A stretch of DNA of 64,000 bases from Giardia intestinalis. Its lineage: Eukaryota. Shown here piece by piece: positions 10,419-20,133 of the stretch. The position numbers and the translations under genes were made by a program. Position 1 is the stretch's first letter; each line of letters starts with the position of its first letter. Below the pieces are notes generated by a model. That model had not been told where the DNA came from. It worked only from the letters and a program-made list of their open reading frames with translations, and did no database searches. Location: assembly GCA_000002435.2 (NCBI GenBank), contig CM018793.1, one strand, 5' to 3'.

Positions 10419-12002
10419 TTAGGTTCTGTGGGGCCTAGTCGACGGGCTCAGATCTCCGTGCAGAACAGGCCCCTGGTAGCGGATGCGTCTGGAGGCGCAG
10501 GACGCCTCGCTGGACCCGACGTCCGTGCTCTGGACGAGGATGTCCGTCAGAGCAAGATCCTTCTGTCTACTTTCCTGGAAGAGTTCAGGAGTCAAAGATG
10601 ACTCTGCAGCACACGAAGGAATTGGTACTGCGTTGCTATAGATCACATGGGGCTTTGTAGCTGGTCGCTGCTTGTGTTTCCTGGCTTCACGTCGCAAGGC
10701 AGCCTGTAACAATACTGAGCTTGGAGCTGGTAGATCAAGGGCTGAAATCCGGAGGGGCGGGCTTTGTGTTCCAGAGGTGCGCTTTGATAGGCGCATGCGT
10801 GCACGGTAGAGAGAGCTCATGTGTGAAAGCCGCGTGCTAAAGGACGAGTCCTCTCCAACGCTTGAAGGTCGAATAGGCTTGTGGACTGCGGCGACAAAGT
10901 CATCGCAAACAACACGGGCATAAGTGGGCTGAGCGGTCAACACCCGCGCGATGTTCAAACCTGGGGCCGAGTGTGGACGGTTGCCTGTACGGAAAGCAAT
11001 TTCTCTCTGTATATGTGGGCCGTGAATCTTCTCCAAACGTTCCATGGCTTTTTGGTGCTCTCGATAGGTGCGTGTCTGCATGTAAAGGGGTGTGCTAACG
11101 TGTAGACGATCAACAACGTTGGAGCTAAGATACTCACGAGTCTTTTGCGAAAGACTTCTTTCCACCGCTTGTGCAGTCTGGGCACGCCGAGCACGCGCTT
11201 GCTCGTCACGAAGTGCCCGAGGAAGATCGAGCTTCTGACGAGTCGCTTCCTTAATTACTTTGAGCCTGTTCGGTTGCAAGTAGGCATCCAGGGCAGAGCC
11301 GTCGTTGATAAAATTACAATTATGGTTATCGTAGCGGATCAGTTGCGGGGACGAACTATGCAGGTGCGGAGATATTGTTCGCTGGGCCACCATTCGATCA
11401 TTTCGTTCGTAAAAGTTCAACCGAAAATGTGGATCCTGATCACATCTTGCTCGAAACAACGCTCTTGAAGGAGTCAGGTCTGGCTTAAAGGTGCACTCTG
11501 CCATCTCCTCCTTTTCTCGTTGATCCAAGTATTCGCGTAGTGTGCGGCTGGTCCGGTGCAAGGTATCTTCCTGCTCTTCAAGGCGTCGCCGAAGTCGAAC
11601 GTCATCCGACACCCGGTTCTGTACTCGTTGGCTGTATGGAGAAATATACCTGAAGTTCTGGCTACGCGATCTCTTGTGAGGCGGTGACTGGTACTCTCCT
11701 GTGCGTTTTCTCTTTTGCCGAGTACGTGGCTTGGAAGCATCCAGATCTTCGGGGGTGAGAAATCCATGAACAGGGTTGTAGTTTTCAGGCTTGGGGAGGC
11801 TGCTTGCGGGCTCATATAGTTTTGCGATCTTCTCCATGGTTGCTGAGACATCGTAAAGACTAATCGGATCAAGCTGCTCCTTCTCGGTCTGTAGCCCGCT
11901 TCGAGAGTCTGCTTCAGCGGACCGTTCTGTTGCTGATAAAATAAACGAGTCGCTGGGCTCACTGAGCCGAGCCTGTGGAACTACGTGAAGATTTGTATCC
12001 AT
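10419..12002 (-). CDS. hypothetical protein (527 aa), basic/charged
   Basis: Long intact ORF ending 3 bp from the convergent phosphatase gene. Its last 49 codons lie inside inverted repeat copy A. I recognise no family. Confidence 0.6.
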   Translation of the reverse strand: MDTNLHVVPQARLSEPSDSFILSATERSAEADSRSGLQTEKEQLDPISLYDVSATMEKIAKLYEPASSLPKPENYNPVHGFLTPEDLDASKPRTRQKRKRTGEYQSPPHKRSRSQNFRYISPYSQRVQNRVSDDVRLRRRLEEQEDTLHRTSRTLREYLDQREKEEMAECTFKPDLTPSRALFRARCDQDPHFRLNFYERNDRMVAQRTISPHLHSSSPQLIRYDNHNCNFINDGSALDAYLQPNRLKVIKEATRQKLDLPRALRDEQARARRAQTAQAVERSLSQKTREYLSSNVVDRLHVSTPLYMQTRTYREHQKAMERLEKIHGPHIQREIAFRTGNRPHSAPGLNIARVLTAQPTYARVVCDDFVAAVHKPIRPSSVGEDSSFSTRLSHMSSLYRARMRLSKRTSGTQSPPLRISALDLPAPSSVLLQAALRREARKHKQRPATKPHVIYSNAVPIPSCAAESSLTPELFQESRQKDLALTDILVQSTDVGSSEASCASRRIRYQGPVLHGDLSPSTRPHRT

Positions 12003-12531
12003 TTATTCTTAATTCGAGAAACTAGTCTCGACAGCACCCCAGGAAGGGTCCTCTTGAAGCGTCAGGCCCAGACATAGAAAGCTTATATCTGTGGTAAAAA
12101 ACTCAAATTTACATTTGTTGCCGACTCAAAGGACGAAAGATTTGAAGCACATGGCGAGTCAGGGAGTGATACGGTGTAGTTCTAAAATAATTGAATGTGT
12201 CATAACAGATGCATAGCTAGAAGAGGTGAACATAAGATCATCTTGCCGAGCCCATTTTCAGCACAATCTCTGTGCTTAGAAGCTCATTCTCTGAAGTGCC
12301 AGAGGCTTGCAGCCACAAAGACATCTTCTGCCCTTAGTTTTTATAAAGGAAGTCCATAATATACGTCGAAGTTATGGCAAGCTCTATTGCAAGAGTGTAA
12401 CACGCCTGCCTACCTTGTAACTTTCAATCTCCGGATCAATTAAAATTGCCTTGGTGAAACGTCACAGTGTATCTAAAACGACTTGTGCATAAATTAACCA
12501 GAAATACAGGACTGGATAACGCATTATAAAA

Positions 12532-13122
12532 ATGCACACCTTTGGTGAGCAGCTTAATGGTATATGCTCTAAAAAGGCTGCTGGGGTCGGTGCTCGCACA
12601 GCCAGATCACGTGATGATGGGAAGAGCGTGCTCCAACATATGCTCCTTGCTGTTAGTATGATTCTCGCTGCGTCTATTGGACTAATGTCCACCTCGACCT
12701 ACTTCTCTTTGGGAAAGGCCGATCCCGTTAATAGATTGAATCCTTCTGACGTCGCTCACATCTCGAATAGCATGCGTTTTGTTATTTCTTCCGATGTTAC
12801 ACCAACATACAATGCCATCCTAAAGCTCGTGGGCCACCTCTGCATAGGAATTTCACTGTGTACTGTCGTGCTTCTCTGCTTGCTGTTCGCCCACTGGATA
12901 TATGTTTTACCGTCCTGGAGTGTTTTTTGTAATCTAGGCATAGCTCTTGTCGCGACCCTGGAATACCTTGGCATTTCCATTCACCTCAGTATCATCAGCT
13001 CCCCACAAATCAGCAGGATTGTTTCCTTCCCACGGACAGTCCTTCTCCAAGCGGTTTCTATGGCGACAGCAATCGTCCTCTTCATCGCCGCATCTTTGTT
13101 TTCGGATACGATGCACAGGTAA
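12532..13122 (+). CDS. putative small polytopic membrane protein (196 aa)
   Basis: Three to four hydrophobic helices (LLAVSMILAASIGLM, GISLCTVVLLCLLFAHWIYVL, VSMATAIVLFIAASLF). An AT-rich initiator (cattataaaaATG) sits immediately upstream. The ORF ends 1 bp before the convergent ankyrin gene's stop. Confidence 0.45.
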   Translation: MHTFGEQLNGICSKKAAGVGARTARSRDDGKSVLQHMLLAVSMILAASIGLMSTSTYFSLGKADPVNRLNPSDVAHISNSMRFVISSDVTPTYNAILKLVGHLCIGISLCTVVLLCLLFAHWIYVLPSWSVFCNLGIALVATLEYLGISIHLSIISSPQISRIVSFPRTVLLQAVSMATAIVLFIAASLFSDTMHR

Positions 13123-13123
13123 T

Positions 13124-16100
13124 TTACCTACGGGAATTGTTGCGAACACTGCGCACAGCCTCCTGGGCCTGTCTAAGCAATTTGATCATTTCATTGTTGT
13201 TCTTCTTGCAGGCAAGCATCAACGCAGTGTTTCTCTTAGCATCCTGAAGCATGACTTCGTATGGAACTAGCAATCTTGCAGACGTAAGGTTGTTGTTGGA
13301 AACTGCAGCCATCAGTGCCGACCATCCACTAGGTGTCTGCTCCCCTGCTTCGACGGGTGCTAGGATCTCTACGCACTCGTCAAACCCGAAGCGGGCCGCA
13401 AACATCAAGGCGGTGAACCCCTTATTTGTCTTGAGATTTGCTTCGTAGTCTTTCAGTGACTTAACTATCTCAGCTTGGTTGTCTAAAACAGCCATCATCA
13501 TAGCAGACCAACCCTCAGCGTCCTGGAGTCCGCACTCCGTTCCGGCGAGCACTTGGACGCCGATGAGGTTGCAGTTGCGTGCAGCAAACATCAGCGCTGT
13601 ACGGCCCATGTTGGCACGCTTTCCTGCCTCTTCCTTCTGGAGGACAAGCACGATGTCGTTCAGACCGAGCTGCGCCGCCATCATTAGGGCTGTTCTCCCC
13701 TCCGGATCTTGCACGTTGCTCTCTGCATACACCAGTTTTTCGACGCACTCGACTTCATTATTCAGAGTAGCGTACATCATAGCCGTTCTTCCATAACTAT
13801 CACAGAGCTTCGCCTCCTCTTTGATAAGTAAAGGAATTATGCCAGACCTCCCCATGTATGCAGCGATCATCATCGCGCTGACCTTGCTCCTATCCTGGAT
13901 CCCAGCCTCGCACCCAGCAAGCAGTTCCACGCATCCTATTGCGTTGAACTTGATAGCTATCATTAATGCGGTCCAACCATCGTTGGTGACACTGCGCGCT
14001 TCATGGTCCATAAGAAGCCTCACCGCTTCGACACTGTTGTGAAACGCAGCAACCATGAGGGCTGTCCACCCCTCATTAGTTTTTCTACCAGCTTCGCCTG
14101 CCTTTATCAGCAACTTTGCATTGGCAATATCCCCAATGCGAGCAGCAACCATCAAAGCTGTCATATGGGTGTCCGAACATAGGTTTGCCTGTGTCTTCAT
14201 ATTCTGCTTAATAAGCTTCTTGTCTCCATTGTAGATTCCTTGCATAAGGTCTGTATAACTGGGATCAGCTTCAAAGTTCGGGATCTCCAGGATTGTTATG
14301 TCATTTCTTTGGATGTGCCTGCTCAGCGGACCAATGGGCATGGCTGTCTGGGAGGGGTTAAGGCAGAGCGTGTCCTCGTAGCGGTCTGCAGAGGTCGACG
14401 CCCTGAGGTCCACATAGGTTGGTCTAAGATCTACTTCTTCTTTTAGTCGAATGGTTGAAGACCTCATGGACATAGTGGGGGTTTGTAGGCGTGAAGGGGA
14501 TTCTATTTGGTCAACGCTAAAGTCTTCTTGGGGCAATGCATTAGACCTTGCTCTAGGGTTCCTTGACCCCGATTTGCTTCGAGAAAGTGTGCGACTCTTG
14601 GTAACTAAGTTAACATCTCTAGAACTGACGGGGTGAAGAATGCTTGCCGTTAGACTAGATTCCGTCGGGTTGAAATTTTCAGCGGTAGTACTGGGTCCAT
14701 AAAATGTTCCGGAGAGAGGATTGACCTCTGCAAATCTGTTGTTCGTGTTGCTACGAATGGCCTTTATGTTTGATTTATTTAGCGCAGCCATAGTAGATGC
14801 AGACGCCCCGGGTTGCCTTGGCGGGGGTGAAACGTCCTCATAGTAGCGTGCAACCATCGCTTCTTGTAACTGTGGGTCTTTTGTAAGAATATCTGCATCA
14901 AGAGACCGTGGGTGGGTGCCCTGTGGTGGTGTGATAAGTTTCTTCTTCGACGCCTTCTCGATTGCTTCGTACAGAGAGTACTGAGCGTTATCAACGTACG
15001 AAGACCTAGATGCTGTGGGGCTTATGTTCCGCTGCTGGGTAGATGTACCCATCATGCTTGCTTGACCGGGTGTCACGTAGTTGGAGCGTCGAGGGGAAGT
15101 AGTTTGCAGATTGCTCTGCACAAGCGATCTGTTCAGGTTCCTGTTAAGATTACTCGTGTTATATGTGTTGGATAAGAGCGTGCTGCTTGTCAGAGTGCGC
15201 TCCGAGGCCATATTCCTGGTTTCAGCAGTAGAGGTTAGTTTGGTGTTGTCTACCTTGAGCGCTGTCGTGGGAGTGCGCGCCTTTGATACCTTAGCAGTAG
15301 CAGACTTGATAGTCGGCGTTTTGGGGCGCTTTTCGCGTAGTGTTACAGCAGACCCTTTATCCTTGTCTTTTCCCTTTCCGGGACTTCGCCTATTAATGAT
15401 CGAGACGTTCGGCGATAGGTCTAGGCTTGGCTCTACGTACCCAGAGACCTGAAGAGCATCGACAACTCCCGGCTCCGGGACAAATTCTAGCGTCCCCTGG
15501 TGAGGAGCCACAGGAGCCTCACTGCTAGCAGGAGCTGAGCTTGATGAGAGAGCAGGCCGCTGTGTGAGGTGGAGCTCTGCCGGGCGAACATTGTAGATGT
15601 TCGAGTCTTGAAGACCTTGGAGTCCGAGATCCGTCTGCGGAAGAATGTCATCATAGCGATAGTAATCCCTATCCATATCATCCTCCTCAGTCGGCACAGT
15701 GGCCAGGTAGTTTATTTTCCCGTCTCTGATGTATATAGTCAAGGCATGAACACAATCGGCGTGGCTGTTACCAGCTGCTGCAACGAGGGCTGCCTTGGCC
15801 TCCATGTCCGTTATCTCCTGTTTGTATCTTATCAGATAGTTGACGACATTGAGCTTCCCATTGCAGGCTGCATACGTCAAACAGGTGCGGCCTTTGAGGT
15901 CCTTAGTCTTTTCCAGATGGGGCAGCAGCACAGCGACAGACTTAAGCGCTCCCACGCTAGCAGCCAAGATAAGGGCGTCCTCCCCATACCCAAGTCTGTG
16001 GTCACACTCAGAGGGAATTTCGACCAGAAAGGAACATATCTCGGAGTTGTTGTTGAGCGCAGCAATCATCAGCGCATTATGTCCTTCGTTGTTGACAATC

Positions 16101-16282
16101 CCTGCCTCGACAGGGGCCAGCATTTTGGCGAGCTTAATGTCATTAAACTTTGCTGCCTTCATCAGCCCTGTCTCTCCTGCAGCGTCACGAGAACCGTGAA
16201 AGACCCCATCGGCATCATAGATCGCCTCGTAATCCTGGTTTCTGATGGCGTCAAACCAGTCCACCTGTGTCGAGACCTGCAT
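13124..16282 (-). CDS. ankyrin-repeat protein with a bipartite architecture (1052 aa; 'protein 21.1'-like)
   Basis: Ankyrin repeats of the G-TALM-AA type at the N-terminus (about aa 30-200) and C-terminus (about aa 690-1040), for example GWTALMVAAFHNSVEAVRLL and GRTALMMAAQLGLNDIV. A Ser/Thr/Asn-rich low-complexity middle separates them. A strong AT-rich initiator (aaaaattaaaattttaatcATG) precedes the start. Confidence 0.85.
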   Translation of the reverse strand: MQVSTQVDWFDAIRNQDYEAIYDADGVFHGSRDAAGETGLMKAAKFNDIKLAKMLAPVEAGIVNNEGHNALMIAALNNNSEICSFLVEIPSECDHRLGYGEDALILAASVGALKSVAVLLPHLEKTKDLKGRTCLTYAACNGKLNVVNYLIRYKQEITDMEAKAALVAAAGNSHADCVHALTIYIRDGKINYLATVPTEEDDMDRDYYRYDDILPQTDLGLQGLQDSNIYNVRPAELHLTQRPALSSSSAPASSEAPVAPHQGTLEFVPEPGVVDALQVSGYVEPSLDLSPNVSIINRRSPGKGKDKDKGSAVTLREKRPKTPTIKSATAKVSKARTPTTALKVDNTKLTSTAETRNMASERTLTSSTLLSNTYNTSNLNRNLNRSLVQSNLQTTSPRRSNYVTPGQASMMGTSTQQRNISPTASRSSYVDNAQYSLYEAIEKASKKKLITPPQGTHPRSLDADILTKDPQLQEAMVARYYEDVSPPPRQPGASASTMAALNKSNIKAIRSNTNNRFAEVNPLSGTFYGPSTTAENFNPTESSLTASILHPVSSRDVNLVTKSRTLSRSKSGSRNPRARSNALPQEDFSVDQIESPSRLQTPTMSMRSSTIRLKEEVDLRPTYVDLRASTSADRYEDTLCLNPSQTAMPIGPLSRHIQRNDITILEIPNFEADPSYTDLMQGIYNGDKKLIKQNMKTQANLCSDTHMTALMVAARIGDIANAKLLIKAGEAGRKTNEGWTALMVAAFHNSVEAVRLLMDHEARSVTNDGWTALMIAIKFNAIGCVELLAGCEAGIQDRSKVSAMMIAAYMGRSGIIPLLIKEEAKLCDSYGRTAMMYATLNNEVECVEKLVYAESNVQDPEGRTALMMAAQLGLNDIVLVLQKEEAGKRANMGRTALMFAARNCNLIGVQVLAGTECGLQDAEGWSAMMMAVLDNQAEIVKSLKDYEANLKTNKGFTALMFAARFGFDECVEILAPVEAGEQTPSGWSALMAAVSNNNLTSARLLVPYEVMLQDAKRNTALMLACKKNNNEMIKLLRQAQEAVRSVRNNSRR

Positions 16283-16324
16283 GGATTAAAATTTTAATTT
16301 TTACAAGCATTCATGGCCCCGGGG
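16283..16324 (-). promoter_or_regulatory. AT-rich initiator plus upstream CCCCGGGGCCATGA element for the ankyrin gene
   Basis: On the minus strand this reads gagcctCCCCGGGGCCATGAatgcttgtaaaaattaaaattttaatcATG. The AT-rich block is the known Giardia-type core promoter. The GC palindrome is unexplained. Confidence 0.5.
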
Positions 16325-16853
16325 AGGCTCATCTCTGCTTCTTAGGGCTCGAATATGGAGCGCGCCTCTAATTATAACCCACGATGCTTCTGAAGAAAGG
16401 TATCATGGTATAAAAGCACAATCCCACCTAGTTCCAAGGCACTTTCTGGCAAACTTTTTGTGAAAAAGGAAATTGATGGCCTACGCGAGCCATTGTCTTC
16501 CTTCGAGCCCTCCATTGTAATTCTTGTCATGTGGGGTGCGCTCTTAGGTTTCTAAAGTCACCCTCTTCAGGAGTGTTAAAAAGCACCGCAGCCAGAACAG
16601 GAGGTTGGTTCTTAAGTGTGCATACATCAACAACAGAGCCCTTCTACTTGTCAACTTTTATCTGCGTCTATGCATGTTGTTTTCGTAGAGTTCCGTTTTC
16701 ATCAGAAGGGAATGCATACCGAGAATGTGCCTTTAGGGCTGAAGCCACACGCCAGACAAGGGGGGAGCCTAGAATAGAAGCAAGTGTAGAGGTAAATTTG
16801 AAGTATCACTCTCTATCTGAGAACACCATTGGCTGCTCAAAAATTAAAAACAC

Positions 16854-18989
16854 ATGTTGAGTCCGGTTGAGACAAACTACCTCATCTATCGCTTCCTTTT
16901 GGAGTCGGGATATGTTCATGCCGCGTTCATGTTTGGACATGAATCTGGTATTATTTCTGCTGGAATAGCCGATCGGTCAGTTCCTGTAGGCGCACTATTG
17001 ACTCTCTTGGAAAAGGGCATGCAACTGCTCGACATAGAAGTACATATGGATGCGAATGGGCGACTACATATATGTGAGCAGCCCTTCAGCCTTTTCCAGC
17101 CTCACAGATGCTCAGTGAAAACACTTCGGAATAGAGACCCCGAGTCTAACCATCTAGACGAACACGGTCAACAACCTGAAGAATTTCCGGCAGCAGAAGA
17201 TACCGAGTTGATGAACTCGCTTACGGTATCTAAGAAGTCTCTCGATAAAGACGATCAGGCAGCAGGCGAGGCTCTTGCGCTGCTAGCCAATAACACAACC
17301 CAGTACACAGAGAATAGTATAATGGACTGTCTCATAGAGAAGAAAGAGATCCTTCCCGCTGCAGAAGATCTCATCAACATGTCGCCTGCCATGCTCGACC
17401 TGCATCCAAAGACTCTAAACTTAACGGTACGGGAAGATCAGTACATAAGAGAAATAATAAAACGGATATATGCCGCAGGGTTGGACCAGGTGGGCAACGA
17501 AGATGGAAATGATGAGGTGTCCGTAACAGACAAGGGGACCCAGCAGGATGCAAAGGGTGCACATGAAGATATTAGGCTTGTGCCTCCCCAGGTGTTTGAG
17601 TCTATGCTACAAACAGTTCAGCAGCCCACAGACGTGAACGTGACAAAGGAGTACATATATCTACCCGTCAAATATCAAGGTATCCTCGATAATATCGCTT
17701 CGCAGGAAACAGGCATGCGTGGATCTTTGGTAGAGCGGTGTATAACAGTGGCCGATGTTGGTATACTTGTAATCGAGATAGAGAACAACAGAAGTCGGGA
17801 ACGGACGCGTGCCAGTCGGACAAGCCGGGGAAGCAAGTCCTCTGGTATCGAGATCTCCTTCATTTCATACAGCATGTTGGTGTCGCCTCCCAACAACGCT
17901 TTTGTTACATCAGAAATGCTGGCCACAGCTGCTACGCATACGATAATCGACAATCTATTATACATGGTAATCGGCTTCAGCGACGGAATGATTCTCGTGT
18001 GCACCTGCAATAGCTCCTTGAATATCTCAGCAATCTATGCAGCCCATCCCTTTGGCTATTTTGCGGTCCGGAAAATAGTGTTTTCCGATTGTAAAGGATA
18101 TGTGGTAGTGATTGGAGACACCACTAGACCATTCGTTTTGGACATCGGAACGTATACAAGCATGCTCCTAGAGCAGCACGTTCTAGGTACAGACATAGGT
18201 TCTCACGCAGGCGACCTAGGAAGAGCGTGTGCAGACGTTTTTGTGCACATCACAAGGAACAAAGATTTTGATGCTAGTAGCAGCTTAACATCGTGGCCAC
18301 TGTGCACTAGTGACTTTCACATCAACTTTAATGAACATAACGCCCTCAAGCAATTGTGCGCAGATGTGTGCTGGGTGACTGACAGGTCATTCTCAGTGTT
18401 GGGCGATGGCTATATTATTATACTATCCTTTCATTCCGAGGACAAGACCCTTCGGCTGAACGGTGTCTACCAGTGTTCGGTACAGAAGGCAAACAGAATG
18501 ATTTGGATAAACGATAGCAAGATGTTGGCTGTGATAGGAAGTAACTGCATTGCATACTACAGTGTGAATGTAACGAAGGCCGCTGAACACTCAGCTCCGA
18601 ATGGCTTGGAAAGGATCCAGCTGCGCATGCTTTCTGACACAATGCAATTTTCTGAAGAGTGCTTCTCCGATGTCTTCGATTACCAAAAACACATTGTAGT
18701 GACGGCGACGAATGGTCAAATATATGGAATAAACAAAACGTCTCCAACGTCACTGGCGTGGGACGTCAAGCTTTCAGGCCGGCCTGTATATGTGCACCTG
18801 GCTAGCATCAGTGACTGGTTCTTTGTGAGCATGGATACCGGTAATCTATTCATCATTAATGATTCTGGTCACGTTCTCGGGGAACTCTCGATTTTTGACG
18901 GTGAATCATGCGACGCAATAAGCGGCCTCACCAACCCACTTTTGTATGGCTCTGCAAACACGGTGTGCCTACTGAGTGATATCTACTAG
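16854..18989 (+). CDS. LisH-domain-containing protein (711 aa), possibly with a C-terminal beta-propeller
   Basis: N-terminus NYLIYRFLLESGYVHAAFMFGHE matches the LisH consensus (xxLIxxYLxxxGYxxtAxxFxxE). The initiator is caaaaattaaaaacacATG. Confidence 0.65.
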   Translation: MLSPVETNYLIYRFLLESGYVHAAFMFGHESGIISAGIADRSVPVGALLTLLEKGMQLLDIEVHMDANGRLHICEQPFSLFQPHRCSVKTLRNRDPESNHLDEHGQQPEEFPAAEDTELMNSLTVSKKSLDKDDQAAGEALALLANNTTQYTENSIMDCLIEKKEILPAAEDLINMSPAMLDLHPKTLNLTVREDQYIREIIKRIYAAGLDQVGNEDGNDEVSVTDKGTQQDAKGAHEDIRLVPPQVFESMLQTVQQPTDVNVTKEYIYLPVKYQGILDNIASQETGMRGSLVERCITVADVGILVIEIENNRSRERTRASRTSRGSKSSGIEISFISYSMLVSPPNNAFVTSEMLATAATHTIIDNLLYMVIGFSDGMILVCTCNSSLNISAIYAAHPFGYFAVRKIVFSDCKGYVVVIGDTTRPFVLDIGTYTSMLLEQHVLGTDIGSHAGDLGRACADVFVHITRNKDFDASSSLTSWPLCTSDFHINFNEHNALKQLCADVCWVTDRSFSVLGDGYIIILSFHSEDKTLRLNGVYQCSVQKANRMIWINDSKMLAVIGSNCIAYYSVNVTKAAEHSAPNGLERIQLRMLSDTMQFSEECFSDVFDYQKHIVVTATNGQIYGINKTSPTSLAWDVKLSGRPVYVHLASISDWFFVSMDTGNLFIINDSGHVLGELSIFDGESCDAISGLTNPLLYGSANTVCLLSDIY

Positions 18990-19000
18990 AGCGTAGCGGC

Positions 19001-20056
19001 CTATCCCTTGACTACCTTTACTTTGGTATTTTCCCTGTGATTAGCTAATTGTTCCACGGATTGGTATGGAACTTTTTTATTTATATTTAATGTGTGGAGC
19101 ACGGGCAAGGGCTCTCCTTCAAATCGATGGCTCAACAGCGAGCGTGGAAAGCCATTGTTTGCTAGCACGTGTTTGACGAGTTCCTCATATGCTCTAATGG
19201 AGCAATAAAAGGATCCACTGCTAGGCAATGGAGGGTACCACCCGCATTTAAAAGTAAGATACCGTGAGGGAACCAGAGGGAAGGAGTGCCCGGATATTGA
19301 TAGCTCTTTTGTCAAGAGATACTCTATGGCAGATTCGTTCTCTAGACCTGCCATTATATGTATTAACATACTAGCCATATAGCGCACCTGGTGATACAAA
19401 AATGCGGATCCAATTACGTGAAAAATGCACGCATTTTCGTGTTCATATACCTCAGAGCAATATATTTGCCTGTTGTAAACTGTCTTGTGATCCCTTTCAT
19501 GGTGACAGAAATTATGGAAGCTATTAGACCCAAGGAAGCGCTGCGCTGCTGAGTTTGCTTTCTCGCGCAGATTTGGCGGTACGTTATAACCTAGAATGTA
19601 TTCATACTCTCGTGCAACACAAGAGTGTCGTGCAGAGAAGTCCTTTGGAATGGCTGTCGATAACCCTAAGACCCGTATCTGCGACGGAAGAACCCGATTG
19701 AGGTGGAAAGCAAGGCATGTAGCTGAGCCTGATGTGTGAATACAAATAGAACTCGGCTCAATCGGAAGACCCTCCAAAGCTCCAAGTACCCTAGAGTTGT
19801 GAGGAGGCAGGCAGGGAACGGCTGGGACGAGCTTGCCGAGCTGCAGCGTGTACAGCATGCACTCAGCAGAAACACCTGCGTCGGTTCTTCCGGTGCGCTC
19901 CAGTTCTATATCCTTAATGGTCTCATTTTCCTTAAGATATCCTGTCTTCTGCAACCCCTCAAAAAGGGCTCCCTCGACCGTCGAGCCTCCAGTGGGCTGG
20001 TATGCGTTGCCGTGGAAGGCAGTTCCGTGGAAGGCAACGAGCAGAGCAACCCGCAT
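19001..20056 (-). CDS. tRNA pseudouridine synthase, TruA/Pus family (351 aa)
   Basis: LVAFHGTAFHGNAYQP...GRTDAGVSA is the TruA catalytic-Asp motif, and FLYHQVRYMASMLIHI is the TruA C-terminal motif. The initiator is ctaaatttgtaaatcccttgaagcaATG. Confidence 0.8.
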   Translation of the reverse strand: MRVALLVAFHGTAFHGNAYQPTGGSTVEGALFEGLQKTGYLKENETIKDIELERTGRTDAGVSAECMLYTLQLGKLVPAVPCLPPHNSRVLGALEGLPIEPSSICIHTSGSATCLAFHLNRVLPSQIRVLGLSTAIPKDFSARHSCVAREYEYILGYNVPPNLREKANSAAQRFLGSNSFHNFCHHERDHKTVYNRQIYCSEVYEHENACIFHVIGSAFLYHQVRYMASMLIHIMAGLENESAIEYLLTKELSISGHSFPLVPSRYLTFKCGWYPPLPSSGSFYCSIRAYEELVKHVLANNGFPRSLLSHRFEGEPLPVLHTLNINKKVPYQSVEQLANHRENTKVKVVKG

Positions 20057-20133
20057 TGCTTCAAGGGATTTACAAATTTAGACCAGGAGCACAGACTTCT
20101 TCGCAAGGCGCTACACCCGATGTTCTAAGCAGC

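Larger units (their letters stand above)
7331..10566. repeat. inverted repeat copy A (about 3.24 kb), apparently identical to 53651..56886
   Basis: Every ORF translation inside it, real or spurious, is identical to its mirror in copy B. Junctions were checked by hand: the match begins at ...ttccatccgggcagagtcggatATGatc and ends at ...cagagcaagatccttctg, after which the flanks differ. Confidence 0.9.

Noticed and set aside
16531-16860. 109-aa ORF in the divergent promoter region upstream of the LisH gene
   Set aside because: It overlaps the LisH start, has no AT-rich initiator, and is hydrophobic and low-complexity. It is probably non-coding promoter DNA.
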